Of a DNA stretch of 64,000 nucleotides, positions 55,365 through 63,968 are shown one piece after another. A model generated the notes under the pieces. The model saw nothing but the letters and a program-made list of their open reading frames with translations. It made no database searches and was not told the DNA's origin. The first letter of the stretch is position 1. Every line of letters begins with the position of its first letter. A program made the translations under genes and the position numbers. The DNA is from Candidatus Phoenicimicrobium oleiphilum (GTDB lineage Bacteria > Atribacterota > Phoenicimicrobiia > Phoenicimicrobiales > Phoenicimicrobiaceae): contig JBDIWJ010000004.1 in assembly GCA_039638295.1 (NCBI GenBank), positions 8,874 through 72,873 of the forward strand. The letters are read 5' to 3'.

Positions 55365-57500
55365 ATGAAAAAAATAATTTATAAACTGATTTCCGAAATG
55401 GAAAATTATTTTGATTGCGACAAAAAGAGAATAAATCATGCAAAGTCAGTGCTAAGTTATACCAAAGAAATTGTGAAGAAAGAAGGGGGCGACGAAAATA
55501 TTGTTTTCCCCGCAGCAATTTTGCATGATATCGGCATTAGAGAGTGCGAACGAAAATACCGTTCAGCAAGCGGACATTTGCAGGAAAAGGAAGGTCCTCC
55601 CGTTGCAGAGAAAATCTTAAATAAAATAGAATATCCATCTCAATATATTAAAGAAATACTCGAGATGATTGCTCATCACCACTCACCGGGCATAGTCACA
55701 TCTTTGAATTTTCAAATTTTATATGAAGCTGATTGGCTGGTTAACTTGGGAGAAGAATTCCAACATCTCGATATAAAGAAGAAAGATAAAATAATTAAAA
55801 GAAATTTTAAAACAAAAACAGGAATAGATTTAACCAAAAAACTATTCCTAAAAAGGAGGAAGAATATGGGAATGTTTTGTTTTCAATGTCAGGAGACCGC
55901 AAAAAATACCGGTTGTACGGTTAAAGGGGTATGCGGGAAAAATGAACGGGTTTCAGATTTAATGGATCTGCTGGTTTATGCTTTGCAGGGACTTTCGATC
56001 TATGCAGAAAAAGCCAAAGATTCTTTAGACCGGAAATATGGGCTATTTGCCTGTCAGGCGCTTTTTTCCACAATCACCAATGTAAACTTTGATGAGGACA
56101 GAATAATGAATCTTATCAAAGATACTATTGTTTTAAGGGATGAAATTAAAGGAACAGTAAAAATTACTCAGGAAAATTTGCATGACTCTGCAGTCTGGTC
56201 AGCAGAAACCAAGGAAGAGTTCATGCAAAAATCATTGCAGGTAAGCCCTCTTTCATATAGTGATAACGAGGATATCAGATCTTTAAAATCCATCATTCTT
56301 TTTGGCTTAAAGGGGCTTGCGGCTTATACCGATCATGCGGCTGTTTTAGGTTTTTATGATGATGCTATATTTAAATTTGTATACAAAGCGCTTGCCGCAA
56401 TGACCAAAGACTTATCAGCAGAGGAGCTTACCAATCTCGTTTTGGAAACCGGGGAAGTGGCAGTGAAGGCCATGGCTCTGCTTGATAAAGCGAATACGGA
56501 ATCGTACGGAAATCCGGAAATTACGAAGGTTAATCTCGGAGTCAGAAGTAATCCTGGTATTCTTATTTCCGGTCATGATTTAAAGGACATGGAAGAGTTG
56601 TTAGAACAAACTGAGAAAACGGGTGTCGATGTTTATACGCACGGTGAGATGCTTCCGGCGAATTATTATCCTGCTTTTAAAAAATACGAACATTTTGTGG
56701 GTAATTACGGGAGTTCTTGGTGGCATCAGAATCAGGATTTTGAAACTTTCAACGGACCTATTCTGATGACAACGAATTGTATTATTCCGGTAAAAGATTC
56801 TTATAAAGATAGAATATTTACTACTGGCATGACCGGTTTTCCTGAGGTGAAGCATATTCCTGACAGAACGGAAGGAGGCAAGAAAGATTTTAGTGAAATG
56901 ATTGAACTGGCCAAAAAATGCCAGCCGCCACAGGAAATTGAGACCGGGGAGATTGTTGGAGGATTTGCCCATAATCAGGTTCTTGCCTTAGCTGATAAGG
57001 TGGTGGAAGCGGTCAAGTACGGAGCAATAAAGCGTTTTATTGTCATGGCCGGTTGTGACGGGCGACACAAAACGAGAAGTTATTTTACCGAAGTCGCCAA
57101 AAGCCTGCCCAAAGATGCGGTGATCCTTACCGCTGGCTGTGCCAAATACCGGTATAACAAACTGTCTCTTGGTGACATCAATGGCATTCCCCGGGTATTG
57201 GATGCCGGACAGTGTAACGATTGTTATTCGCTTGCAGTGATTGCGCTAAAACTAAAGGAAGTATTTGGCCTTCAGGATATCAATGACCTACCGATATCCT
57301 TTGATATTGCCTGGTATGAACAAAAGGCGGTTGCCGTTCTCTTAGCCTTGCTGTATCTGGGAGTGAAAGGCATCCGTTTAGGGCCGACTCTACCGGCATT
57401 TATCTCACCGAATGTTGCCAAAGTGTTGGTTGAGAAATTTGATATCAAACCTATTAGTACCGTTGAAGAAGACGTTAAAGCTATGATGGAAGCGCGTTAA
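55365..57500 (+). CDS. hcp: HD-domain protein fused in frame to hybrid-cluster protein (hydroxylamine reductase, Hcp)
   Basis: Residues ~1-165 form an HD domain (AAILHDIG...HHHSPG). From [25 protein letters not shown] onward the sequence is a full-length Hcp. No stop separates the two parts, and AGGAGG (55854-55859) precedes an internal ATG at 55866. Confidence 0.8.
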   Translation: MKKIIYKLISEMENYFDCDKKRINHAKSVLSYTKEIVKKEGGDENIVFPAAILHDIGIRECERKYRSASGHLQEKEGPPVAEKILNKIEYPSQYIKEILEMIAHHHSPGIVTSLNFQILYEADWLVNLGEEFQHLDIKKKDKIIKRNFKTKTGIDLTKKLFLKRRKNMGMFCFQCQETAKNTGCTVKGVCGKNERVSDLMDLLVYALQGLSIYAEKAKDSLDRKYGLFACQALFSTITNVNFDEDRIMNLIKDTIVLRDEIKGTVKITQENLHDSAVWSAETKEEFMQKSLQVSPLSYSDNEDIRSLKSIILFGLKGLAAYTDHAAVLGFYDDAIFKFVYKALAAMTKDLSAEELTNLVLETGEVAVKAMALLDKANTESYGNPEITKVNLGVRSNPGILISGHDLKDMEELLEQTEKTGVDVYTHGEMLPANYYPAFKKYEHFVGNYGSSWWHQNQDFETFNGPILMTTNCIIPVKDSYKDRIFTTGMTGFPEVKHIPDRTEGGKKDFSEMIELAKKCQPPQEIETGEIVGGFAHNQVLALADKVVEAVKYGAIKRFIVMAGCDGRHKTRSYFTEVAKSLPKDAVILTAGCAKYRYNKLSLGDINGIPRVLDAGQCNDCYSLAVIALKLKEVFGLQDINDLPISFDIAWYEQKAVAVLLALLYLGVKGIRLGPTLPAFISPNVAKVLVEKFDIKPISTVEEDVKAMMEAR

Positions 57501-57512
57501 GAGGTGGATCAA

Positions 57513-57833
57513 ATGAATGTATTAGAGAATATTCCTTATCATGACAATAAGATGGGTTATCGAAAAATTGTTGATGAAAAACATCTTCTTGTCATGCAAA
57601 TCGCATTAAAGCCGGGACAGAGTGTGCCTCAGCATCATGCCAATTCCAATGTTCATATTTTACTGTTAAGAGGCAAGGTAACGGTTAATCTTGACGGTAA
57701 GGATAATAGCATAAAAGAGGGAGATTTATTAACGGTTACATATCAAACACCGATGAACATTAAAAATGTTGGCAAAGATAATGCCACATTATTAGTATTT
57801 AAAACACCCAATCCATCAGAAATGCAAAAATAG
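57513..57833 (+). CDS. Cupin domain protein
   Basis: About 106 aa with a small beta-barrel pattern (LKPGQSVPQHHANSNVHILLLRGKV...GD). ATG 57513 follows GAGGTGG. The track ORF opens at GTG 57504. Confidence 0.65.
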   Translation: MNVLENIPYHDNKMGYRKIVDEKHLLVMQIALKPGQSVPQHHANSNVHILLLRGKVTVNLDGKDNSIKEGDLLTVTYQTPMNIKNVGKDNATLLVFKTPNPSEMQK

Positions 57834-58001
57834 TTAGAATAATAAAAGTTATCATCAAGAGTAATGATGGTGATATGACGATCTTTCGCAATGATAAACT
57901 TTGATTTAAGGTAAGGGTTTGAACTAAATTGATTTTACTTACAAGAATGTAAGAAATCAGTTGATTAAAATCAGTAATATTTATCATTGTATCTACCTTA
58001 A

Positions 58002-59852
58002 TTGTTGCGTTTCAGCTTTACTTTTACCGGAGACAAGTATGTTTTATTTGCTCTTTCCAGTTTCATATTCTTCTATGGCGGCAGGCCTTTTCTTCAGGGA
58101 TTTTTTGAAGAATCCAAGAAAAAACAATCGGGGATGATGACACTAATCGCCTTAGCGATATCGGTAGCTTATATCTATAGTTCAGCTGTCGTTTTTGGCC
58201 TTGAGGGGAAATATTTTTTCTGGGAGCTTGCTACCCTAATTGATGTAATGCTACTGGGTCACTGGTTTGAAATGAAATCTGTTTTAAGTGCCTCCCGCGC
58301 ATTAGAGAAATTAGCACAATTGATGCCGGACACTGCCCACCTAATTAAAGGAAGCGATACAACAGAAGTAAAGATTTCTGAATTAAAAAAAGGGAATAAG
58401 ATCTTAGTCAAAGCCGGTGAGAAAATACCGGCTGACGGTTTAGTCGTTAAAGGCAGCAGTTATATTGATGAATCCATGTTGACCGGAGAATCAAAACCGG
58501 TACATAAAAAAGAGAACGATAAAGTTATTGGTGGATCGGTAAACGGAGATGGGATCTTAGAGGTAAAAGTTGAAGAAACAGGGGAAGAATCCTATTTAAA
58601 CAAGGTTATTGACCTGGTAAAAGAAGCCCAATCATCTAAATCCAAAACACAAAGATTGGCAGATAAGGCAGCCAGTTGGCTTACCTTGATTGCAGTGACT
58701 GTCGGAGTAGCTACTCTGGTTTATTGGTATACTTATGGTTTGGATCTGGCCTTTGCCATTGAAAGGATGGCTACGGTCATGGTCATTACCTGCCCCCATG
58801 CTTTGGGTTTAGCCATACCATTGGTTACTGCAGTATCTACCTCCTTATCTGCAAAAAACGGGCTCTTAATACGAAACAGGACAGCCTTTGAAAATGCCAG
58901 AAAAATTACCACACTGGTATTTGACAAGACAGGAACCTTGACTGAAGGGAAGTTTGGGGTAAGTCAGGTTACCATCATCGATAAAAATTATGATGAAAAG
59001 AAAATTATTCAATTTGCTGCCTCCCTCGAAACGAATTCTGAGCATCCTATAGCTAAAGGAATTATGAAAAGAGCTGAAGAACTTAAAATCAAGACCATGC
59101 CGGTATCAGACTTTGGAGTAATCAAAGGACAAGGCATAAAAGGGAAGATAGAAGGGAAAAATATTTTCTTGGTGAGTCAAGCCTATATAAGGAAGAATAA
59201 TTTCAAATTACAAGAAGAAATCAAGGTGAATCATTCAGAAACGATGGTTTATGCTTTATTTGACAGTAAAATCATTGGCATTATTTCCCTGTCTGATAAA
59301 ATCAGAGAGGAATCCTATGAAGCAGTACAACAGCTAAAAAAATTAAACATAAAGTGCTGGATGCTGACTGGAGATAATAGTAGGATTGCCAAAGAAGTGG
59401 CAAATACATTACATCTTGACGGATACTTTGCAGAAATCCTGCCCCATGAAAAACAGGAAAAAATAAAAGAGCTGCAGAACAAGGATCAATTTGTGGCGAT
59501 GACTGGAGATGGGATTAATGATGCTCCCGCCCTGGCTCAGGCGAATGTCGGCATTGCCATCGGTTCAGGTACAGATGTTGCTGCAGAAACAGCTGATATT
59601 ATTCTGGTAAACAGCAACCCCTTAGACGTTACTAAACTAATTTTATTTGGAAAGGCAACCTACCAGAAGATGATTCAGAATCTATTTTGGGCAACAGGGT
59701 ATAATGTCCTGGCCATTCCTCTTGCTGCTGGAGTTTTATTTAGTTATGGTATAATAATTTCACCAGCTATAGGTGCTGCGCTTATGTCTTTAAGTACGAT
59801 AGTTGTAGCGGTAAATGCTCAATTTCTATCCATAGATAAAGAAAGAGATTGA
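58002..59852 (+). CDS. Heavy-metal P1B-type ATPase (CopB-like, CPH motif), apparently 5'-truncated
   Basis: 616 aa with TGES, CPH (VITCPHALGLA), DKTGTLT, MLTGDN and GDGINDAP motifs. The ORF opens right after an in-frame TAA, with no metal-binding domain and only one helix before the GGRPF turn. I count seven TM helices instead of eight. Confidence 0.75.
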   Translation: MLRFSFTFTGDKYVLFALSSFIFFYGGRPFLQGFFEESKKKQSGMMTLIALAISVAYIYSSAVVFGLEGKYFFWELATLIDVMLLGHWFEMKSVLSASRALEKLAQLMPDTAHLIKGSDTTEVKISELKKGNKILVKAGEKIPADGLVVKGSSYIDESMLTGESKPVHKKENDKVIGGSVNGDGILEVKVEETGEESYLNKVIDLVKEAQSSKSKTQRLADKAASWLTLIAVTVGVATLVYWYTYGLDLAFAIERMATVMVITCPHALGLAIPLVTAVSTSLSAKNGLLIRNRTAFENARKITTLVFDKTGTLTEGKFGVSQVTIIDKNYDEKKIIQFAASLETNSEHPIAKGIMKRAEELKIKTMPVSDFGVIKGQGIKGKIEGKNIFLVSQAYIRKNNFKLQEEIKVNHSETMVYALFDSKIIGIISLSDKIREESYEAVQQLKKLNIKCWMLTGDNSRIAKEVANTLHLDGYFAEILPHEKQEKIKELQNKDQFVAMTGDGINDAPALAQANVGIAIGSGTDVAAETADIILVNSNPLDVTKLILFGKATYQKMIQNLFWATGYNVLAIPLAAGVLFSYGIIISPAIGAALMSLSTIVVAVNAQFLSIDKERD

Positions 59853-60198
59853 CTTAAATCAGCATTAATTTTAAAAACTATCATACTTTTAAAAGATTAG
59901 ATTCTTAACAAATAATGATTGTTTATTTTAGATTGCAAATTATTTTCTAGGTTTCCTCATTCATGCAAAAGTTGGGAAAGTCTTCTAACAGCCTCCACCA
60001 TAGTATATTGATTTAGAAATATGAATAATTTGCTAATAATATCGCAAAATATTACCTGTATATAGTTCATAGAATATATATTTTTTAAAGGCATTCATGA
60101 AAAATACAAATAATTAACTTATTAATCTTATATTTTCAAGTGCAATATCCCCCTTAAAAGTTCTAAGTGTTTCCAATAGAGGGAGCCAGACAATAACC

Positions 60199-60231
60199 AG
60201 CCCTTTGGACTTTTGCTGAAGGGCTTTTTTA
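60199..60231 (+). terminator. Orphan terminator, near-copy of the ssrA terminator
   Basis: AGCCCTTTGGACTTTTGCTGAAGGGCTTTTTT compared with AGCCCTTTGGCTTTTGCTAAAGGGTTTTTT at 23580-23609. No ORF ends within 340 nt upstream. Confidence 0.5.
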
Positions 60232-60319
60232 TTTAAATTTTCTAGAAAAGAAGGATTTTTGAAAGATTTATCGTATAAATAAATGTAGACTTGTTAAGGA
60301 AGTTTAAAGAGGAGTTATT

Positions 60320-60952
60320 ATGTTAAATCGTTTCAAGCAAGAATTGCAGGAGATACATTCTTTTTTAAAAAATAATTATAGAGAAGTAGTTGTTCTTTGT
60401 ACAGCGACACTCTTCTTTGTTCTGGCAATTTGTCGACCGATAAGTTCATCTTTGGTGGTAAACTATCTGATATACTATGCAATTTTTCCATTTTTTACTA
60501 TTTTAGTTATCTTGAAGAAGAATCCTCTTGATTTTGGGCTCCGAATAGGAGATTACAGGTTGTGGGGTTTTTACGTAGCCGTAACTGTTTTTATTGCTAT
60601 CCCGGTGTTGTATATTGGTTCTCTTTTATCTTCAGTAAGCCACTATTATACTGAGCGTTTTAATTATTATGTTTTCTTCACCCAGATGGTTCCCCTTCTT
60701 TTTTTCTGGGAATTTATACTTCGCGGTTTTCTTCTATTCGGGCTTAAGGAAAGATTTAAAGAAGCAAGCATCCTTATACAGATGGTTCCCTTTGTGCTTC
60801 TTCATATTGGAAAGCCGGAAATAGAGATACTGATGTGTATTCCCATGGGATTATGGTTCGGGTATATTGCCTATCGGGGGAAATCATTCTGGCCTGCCTT
60901 CATTACTCATACTTTCATAAACTTTACCCTAAAATATTTTGTGAATTTTTAG
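60320..60952 (+). CDS. CPBP family intramembrane glutamic endopeptidase (CAAX protease/Abi family)
   Basis: 210 aa, polytopic, with WEFILRGF (E-E-xxx-R-like) and FITHTFINF (H-xxx-N) motifs. Confidence 0.75.
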   Translation: MLNRFKQELQEIHSFLKNNYREVVVLCTATLFFVLAICRPISSSLVVNYLIYYAIFPFFTILVILKKNPLDFGLRIGDYRLWGFYVAVTVFIAIPVLYIGSLLSSVSHYYTERFNYYVFFTQMVPLLFFWEFILRGFLLFGLKERFKEASILIQMVPFVLLHIGKPEIEILMCIPMGLWFGYIAYRGKSFWPAFITHTFINFTLKYFVNF

Positions 60953-61029
60953 CAGGTAATTTTGAACACTTTGTCAGATAAGGTGGTGCTTTCAATTATA
61001 AAAAGAATAATTCAGAGGTGAGTTAGAAA

Positions 61030-61560
61030 ATGGAAAAAACATTGGTTTTAATAAAACCCGATGCATTTAAAAGAGGTCTGGTTGGGGAAATAATTTCCAG
61101 GTTTGAAAGAATAGGGCTGAGGTTAGAAGAAATAAAAATGGTAAATGCTACTATTAAAATTTTAGAAAAACACTATCCTGATGATAAAGACTGGATTAGA
61201 TCTGTCGGTAAAAAGGCTATAGATACTTATAAAAAATATAATTTAGATATTGCAAAGGACTTAGGTACTGATGATGCGCTGGAAGTTGGGAAATTAGTGA
61301 GAAAGTGGCTGATTCAACATCTAACTTCTGGACCTGTAGTTGTTCTTATATTGAGTGGAAATCATGCTGTTGAAATTGTACGAAAATTAGTGGGGAATAC
61401 TGTACCTCTTTTTGCTGAACCAGGAACTATTAGAGGTGATTTTTCTATAGATTCACCTGACTTCTCTACCAGAGAAAGACGAGCATTGCAAAATTTAATT
61501 CATGCTTCAGAAACTGTTGAAGAGGCAAGGAGAGAAATTTCTCTTTGGTTGGAAATTTGA
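61030..61560 (+). CDS. ndk: Nucleoside-diphosphate kinase, long form with internal insertions
   Basis: 176 aa with LVLIKPDAFKRGLVGEIISRFE, TSGPVVVLIL, GTIRGDF and NLIHASE (the catalytic His is retained). About 35 extra residues follow KHY. Confidence 0.75.
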   Translation: MEKTLVLIKPDAFKRGLVGEIISRFERIGLRLEEIKMVNATIKILEKHYPDDKDWIRSVGKKAIDTYKKYNLDIAKDLGTDDALEVGKLVRKWLIQHLTSGPVVVLILSGNHAVEIVRKLVGNTVPLFAEPGTIRGDFSIDSPDFSTRERRALQNLIHASETVEEARREISLWLEI

Positions 61561-61681
61561 GAATTTACGATAAGAAAATATACGGGTTAGTGTAAAATTT
61601 AGTGGGGTAGTTAGAAGAAAAAATATTATATATTAATAATACTTTCTTTGGTTAGTAATAAGATACTTTGCAAGAGAAGGA

Positions 61682-62011
61682 TTGCAAAAATATAATAAAA
61701 TAGATCAGGCCTTATTAAGAATAGACCAGCTGATCAGGGATCCCTATGACCAAAAAGATAAAGATAATCTAGTAAAGCTCTACACCTACATATCCCGTAA
61801 CCGTAAGGGGATTACCAATCAGTTTAAACTAAAGGATAAAGGGATAGAGAGAACCGGAGCGATAGAATCGAACATCAATAAAGTCATCGCCTCCCGTTTT
61901 AAGAAGAAAGGGATGAGCTGGAGTAAGAATGGGGCCCTGGCTCTCTTACTCTTTCCGGACCGGATCAGGGCAAACCCTGGGTGGGTGTTTTGCGTAAGCT
62001 CTCTGAGGTAG
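61682..62011 (+). pseudogene. C-terminal remnant of an ISLre2/UPF0236-type transposase
   Basis: 109-aa ORF containing GAIESNINKVIASRFKKKGMSWSKNGALALL, a motif I associate with the C-terminus of UPF0236/ISLre2 transposases. It is far too short for a full transposase and is locally G+C-rich. Confidence 0.55.
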
Positions 62012-62386
62012 GATATTATTAGAAAGTTAAAAAAATATTTAAGAAAGTGAATTATAATGTATTACTGTAACTTAAATAAAACTTGTACTCGTGAAAACGG
62101 GTATAAGGACAATTGTACTTATCGGTAAAAACAATAAGCCTTAGTAAAACAAGGGGTAAGTCTACCCAAAACCAGAGGAAATTTTTTCACCAAAGAAAAC
62201 TACCCCCAAAGTATTGACACAGACAACGCACATATATCAATTGACTTTTATTAATCTTTATTACATAATGATAAATAATCTCAAATAATTATAAATTGTA
62301 GCTGGTAAAAAGAGATTTGAAGATATGATTGACAGGTTTTGATAGAATCGGTAAAAATAACGAATTTTTAGTGAAGTAGGAAGAAA

Positions 62387-62920
62387 ATGAAAAATGAAGA
62401 GGGACACTTAAGAAAATCATACCAACATCGTAATGACTTAACGAGTGAGTACGCTTTCGGTGATATGGGTCAGTTAATTTTGCTGTCTATCTTTCTTATT
62501 GTATGGATTACGGACTCATTTGTATTCAAGTATTCTATTTTTCTAAACCAATATATATCTAATTATATACATATTCCAATTGCTCTAATTGTATTAGTCA
62601 CATCTGGATTATTAGCTATAGTTGGTCTAAACACAGTATTTGGTAAAACAAGAGAAGAACCGCAGGTAATTACAAACGGCATATTTTCAATTGTTCGTCA
62701 TCCGATATACCTTGGTTCGATATTGCTTTATCTTGGACTTATTTTATTAACATTGTCTCTCCTTTCGGTTTTAGTGTGGATTTTAATTATAGTATTTTAT
62801 TATGCAATCTCGCAGTATGAAGAAAAACTTCTTACACAAAGGTTTGGAGTGGTATATAAAGATTATAAAAAGAAAGTACCTATGCTGTTCCGATTAAAAT
62901 CTTTAAACGGTAATCATTAA
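62387..62920 (+). CDS. Isoprenylcysteine carboxyl methyltransferase (ICMT/PEMT) family membrane protein
   Basis: 177 aa with four or five TM helices and the SIVRHPIYLGSIL motif. Confidence 0.75.
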   Translation: MKNEEGHLRKSYQHRNDLTSEYAFGDMGQLILLSIFLIVWITDSFVFKYSIFLNQYISNYIHIPIALIVLVTSGLLAIVGLNTVFGKTREEPQVITNGIFSIVRHPIYLGSILLYLGLILLTLSLLSVLVWILIIVFYYAISQYEEKLLTQRFGVVYKDYKKKVPMLFRLKSLNGNH

Positions 62921-63005
62921 CTTAACATTATTTCCCTTATAGTCTTATAATACACAATAAATATTATTTTTATCCGGTCAATAGAATAGGAAGGATGAAT
63001 TAACC

Positions 63006-63968
63006 ATGAAAATTTTAATGGAGTGGGTACAGAAAGCTTTGGGCTTGAGTCCTGAGGTACAGACTAAGATATTTGCTTCCCTGGTTATTGGCTTAATTTT
63101 ATGGATTTTTTACTCTTTAATTACAAAAATAGTATGGCGTCGGACTGAAAATATTCGCATTCGTTACTCCTGGAGGAAGATCTCTGGATATGTGCTAATT
63201 ATTTTAGGCGTGTTTTTAGTTGGTCGCTTGTGGTTTAAAGGCTTTCAATCTATAGCTACTTACTTAGGTTTATTGTCCGCTGGACTGGCTATCGCCTTAA
63301 AAGATCTGGTATCTAATTTTGCCGGCTGGCTCTTTATTATCAGCCGGAGACCTTTTTCTGTGGGAGATCGGATTCAAATTGGGAATTATGCTGGGGACGT
63401 TATCGATACCCGGGTTTTCCAATTTACTCTTTTAGAGATTGGTAATTGGGTAAATGCCGACCAGAGTACTGGTCGAATTATCCATATTCCTAACAGTATG
63501 GTGTTGAGTGAGGTGCTGGCAAATTACAGCAAAGGATTTCAATATATCTGGAATGAAATTCCAGTCCTGATAACTTTCGAAAGTAATTGGGAAAAAGCCA
63601 AAAAAATATTACAAAAAATTGCTGATAAGGATGCTGAACACTTAAGCAAAGCAGCAGAAAAAAGAGTAAAAGAGGCTAGTAAAAAATTTATGATATTATA
63701 TTCCAGACTTACCCCTATTGTTTATACCAGTGTAAAAGATAGCGGAGTCTTATTAACTGTTCGCTATCTTTGTGAACCTCGACGTCGTCGGGATAGCGAA
63801 CAAGCTATTTGGGAAGATATTTTAAAAGAATTCACCCAGGAGAAGGATATAGATTTTGCTTATCCTACACAGCGCTTCTACGACCACCGCTTAGAGAGTA
63901 AAATGGGAGCTAAAGATATTCCCAAAGATAGGGATGTAAAAAAGGCAAAGATTAAAATAGAAAATTAA
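63006..63968 (+). CDS. Mechanosensitive ion channel family protein (MscS-like)
   Basis: 320 aa with three N-terminal TM helices and the MscS beta-domain motif FSVGDRIQIGNYAGDVIDTRVF. Confidence 0.8.
   Translation: MKILMEWVQKALGLSPEVQTKIFASLVIGLILWIFYSLITKIVWRRTENIRIRYSWRKISGYVLIILGVFLVGRLWFKGFQSIATYLGLLSAGLAIALKDLVSNFAGWLFIISRRPFSVGDRIQIGNYAGDVIDTRVFQFTLLEIGNWVNADQSTGRIIHIPNSMVLSEVLANYSKGFQYIWNEIPVLITFESNWEKAKKILQKIADKDAEHLSKAAEKRVKEASKKFMILYSRLTPIVYTSVKDSGVLLTVRYLCEPRRRRDSEQAIWEDILKEFTQEKDIDFAYPTQRFYDHRLESKMGAKDIPKDRDVKKAKIKIEN

Noticed and set aside
480-59000. All minus-strand ORFs in the supplied track, for example 480-755, 3065-3391, 6083-6391, 21800-22135, 27644-27981, 51860-52213, 52887-53243, 55201-55518, 56601-56972 and 58733-58927.
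   Set aside because: Each lies entirely inside a well-supported + strand gene. They have no recognisable motifs or SD and show low-complexity, shadow-frame composition rich in Ser, Leu, Ile, Phe and Pro. I treat them as antisense shadow ORFs.
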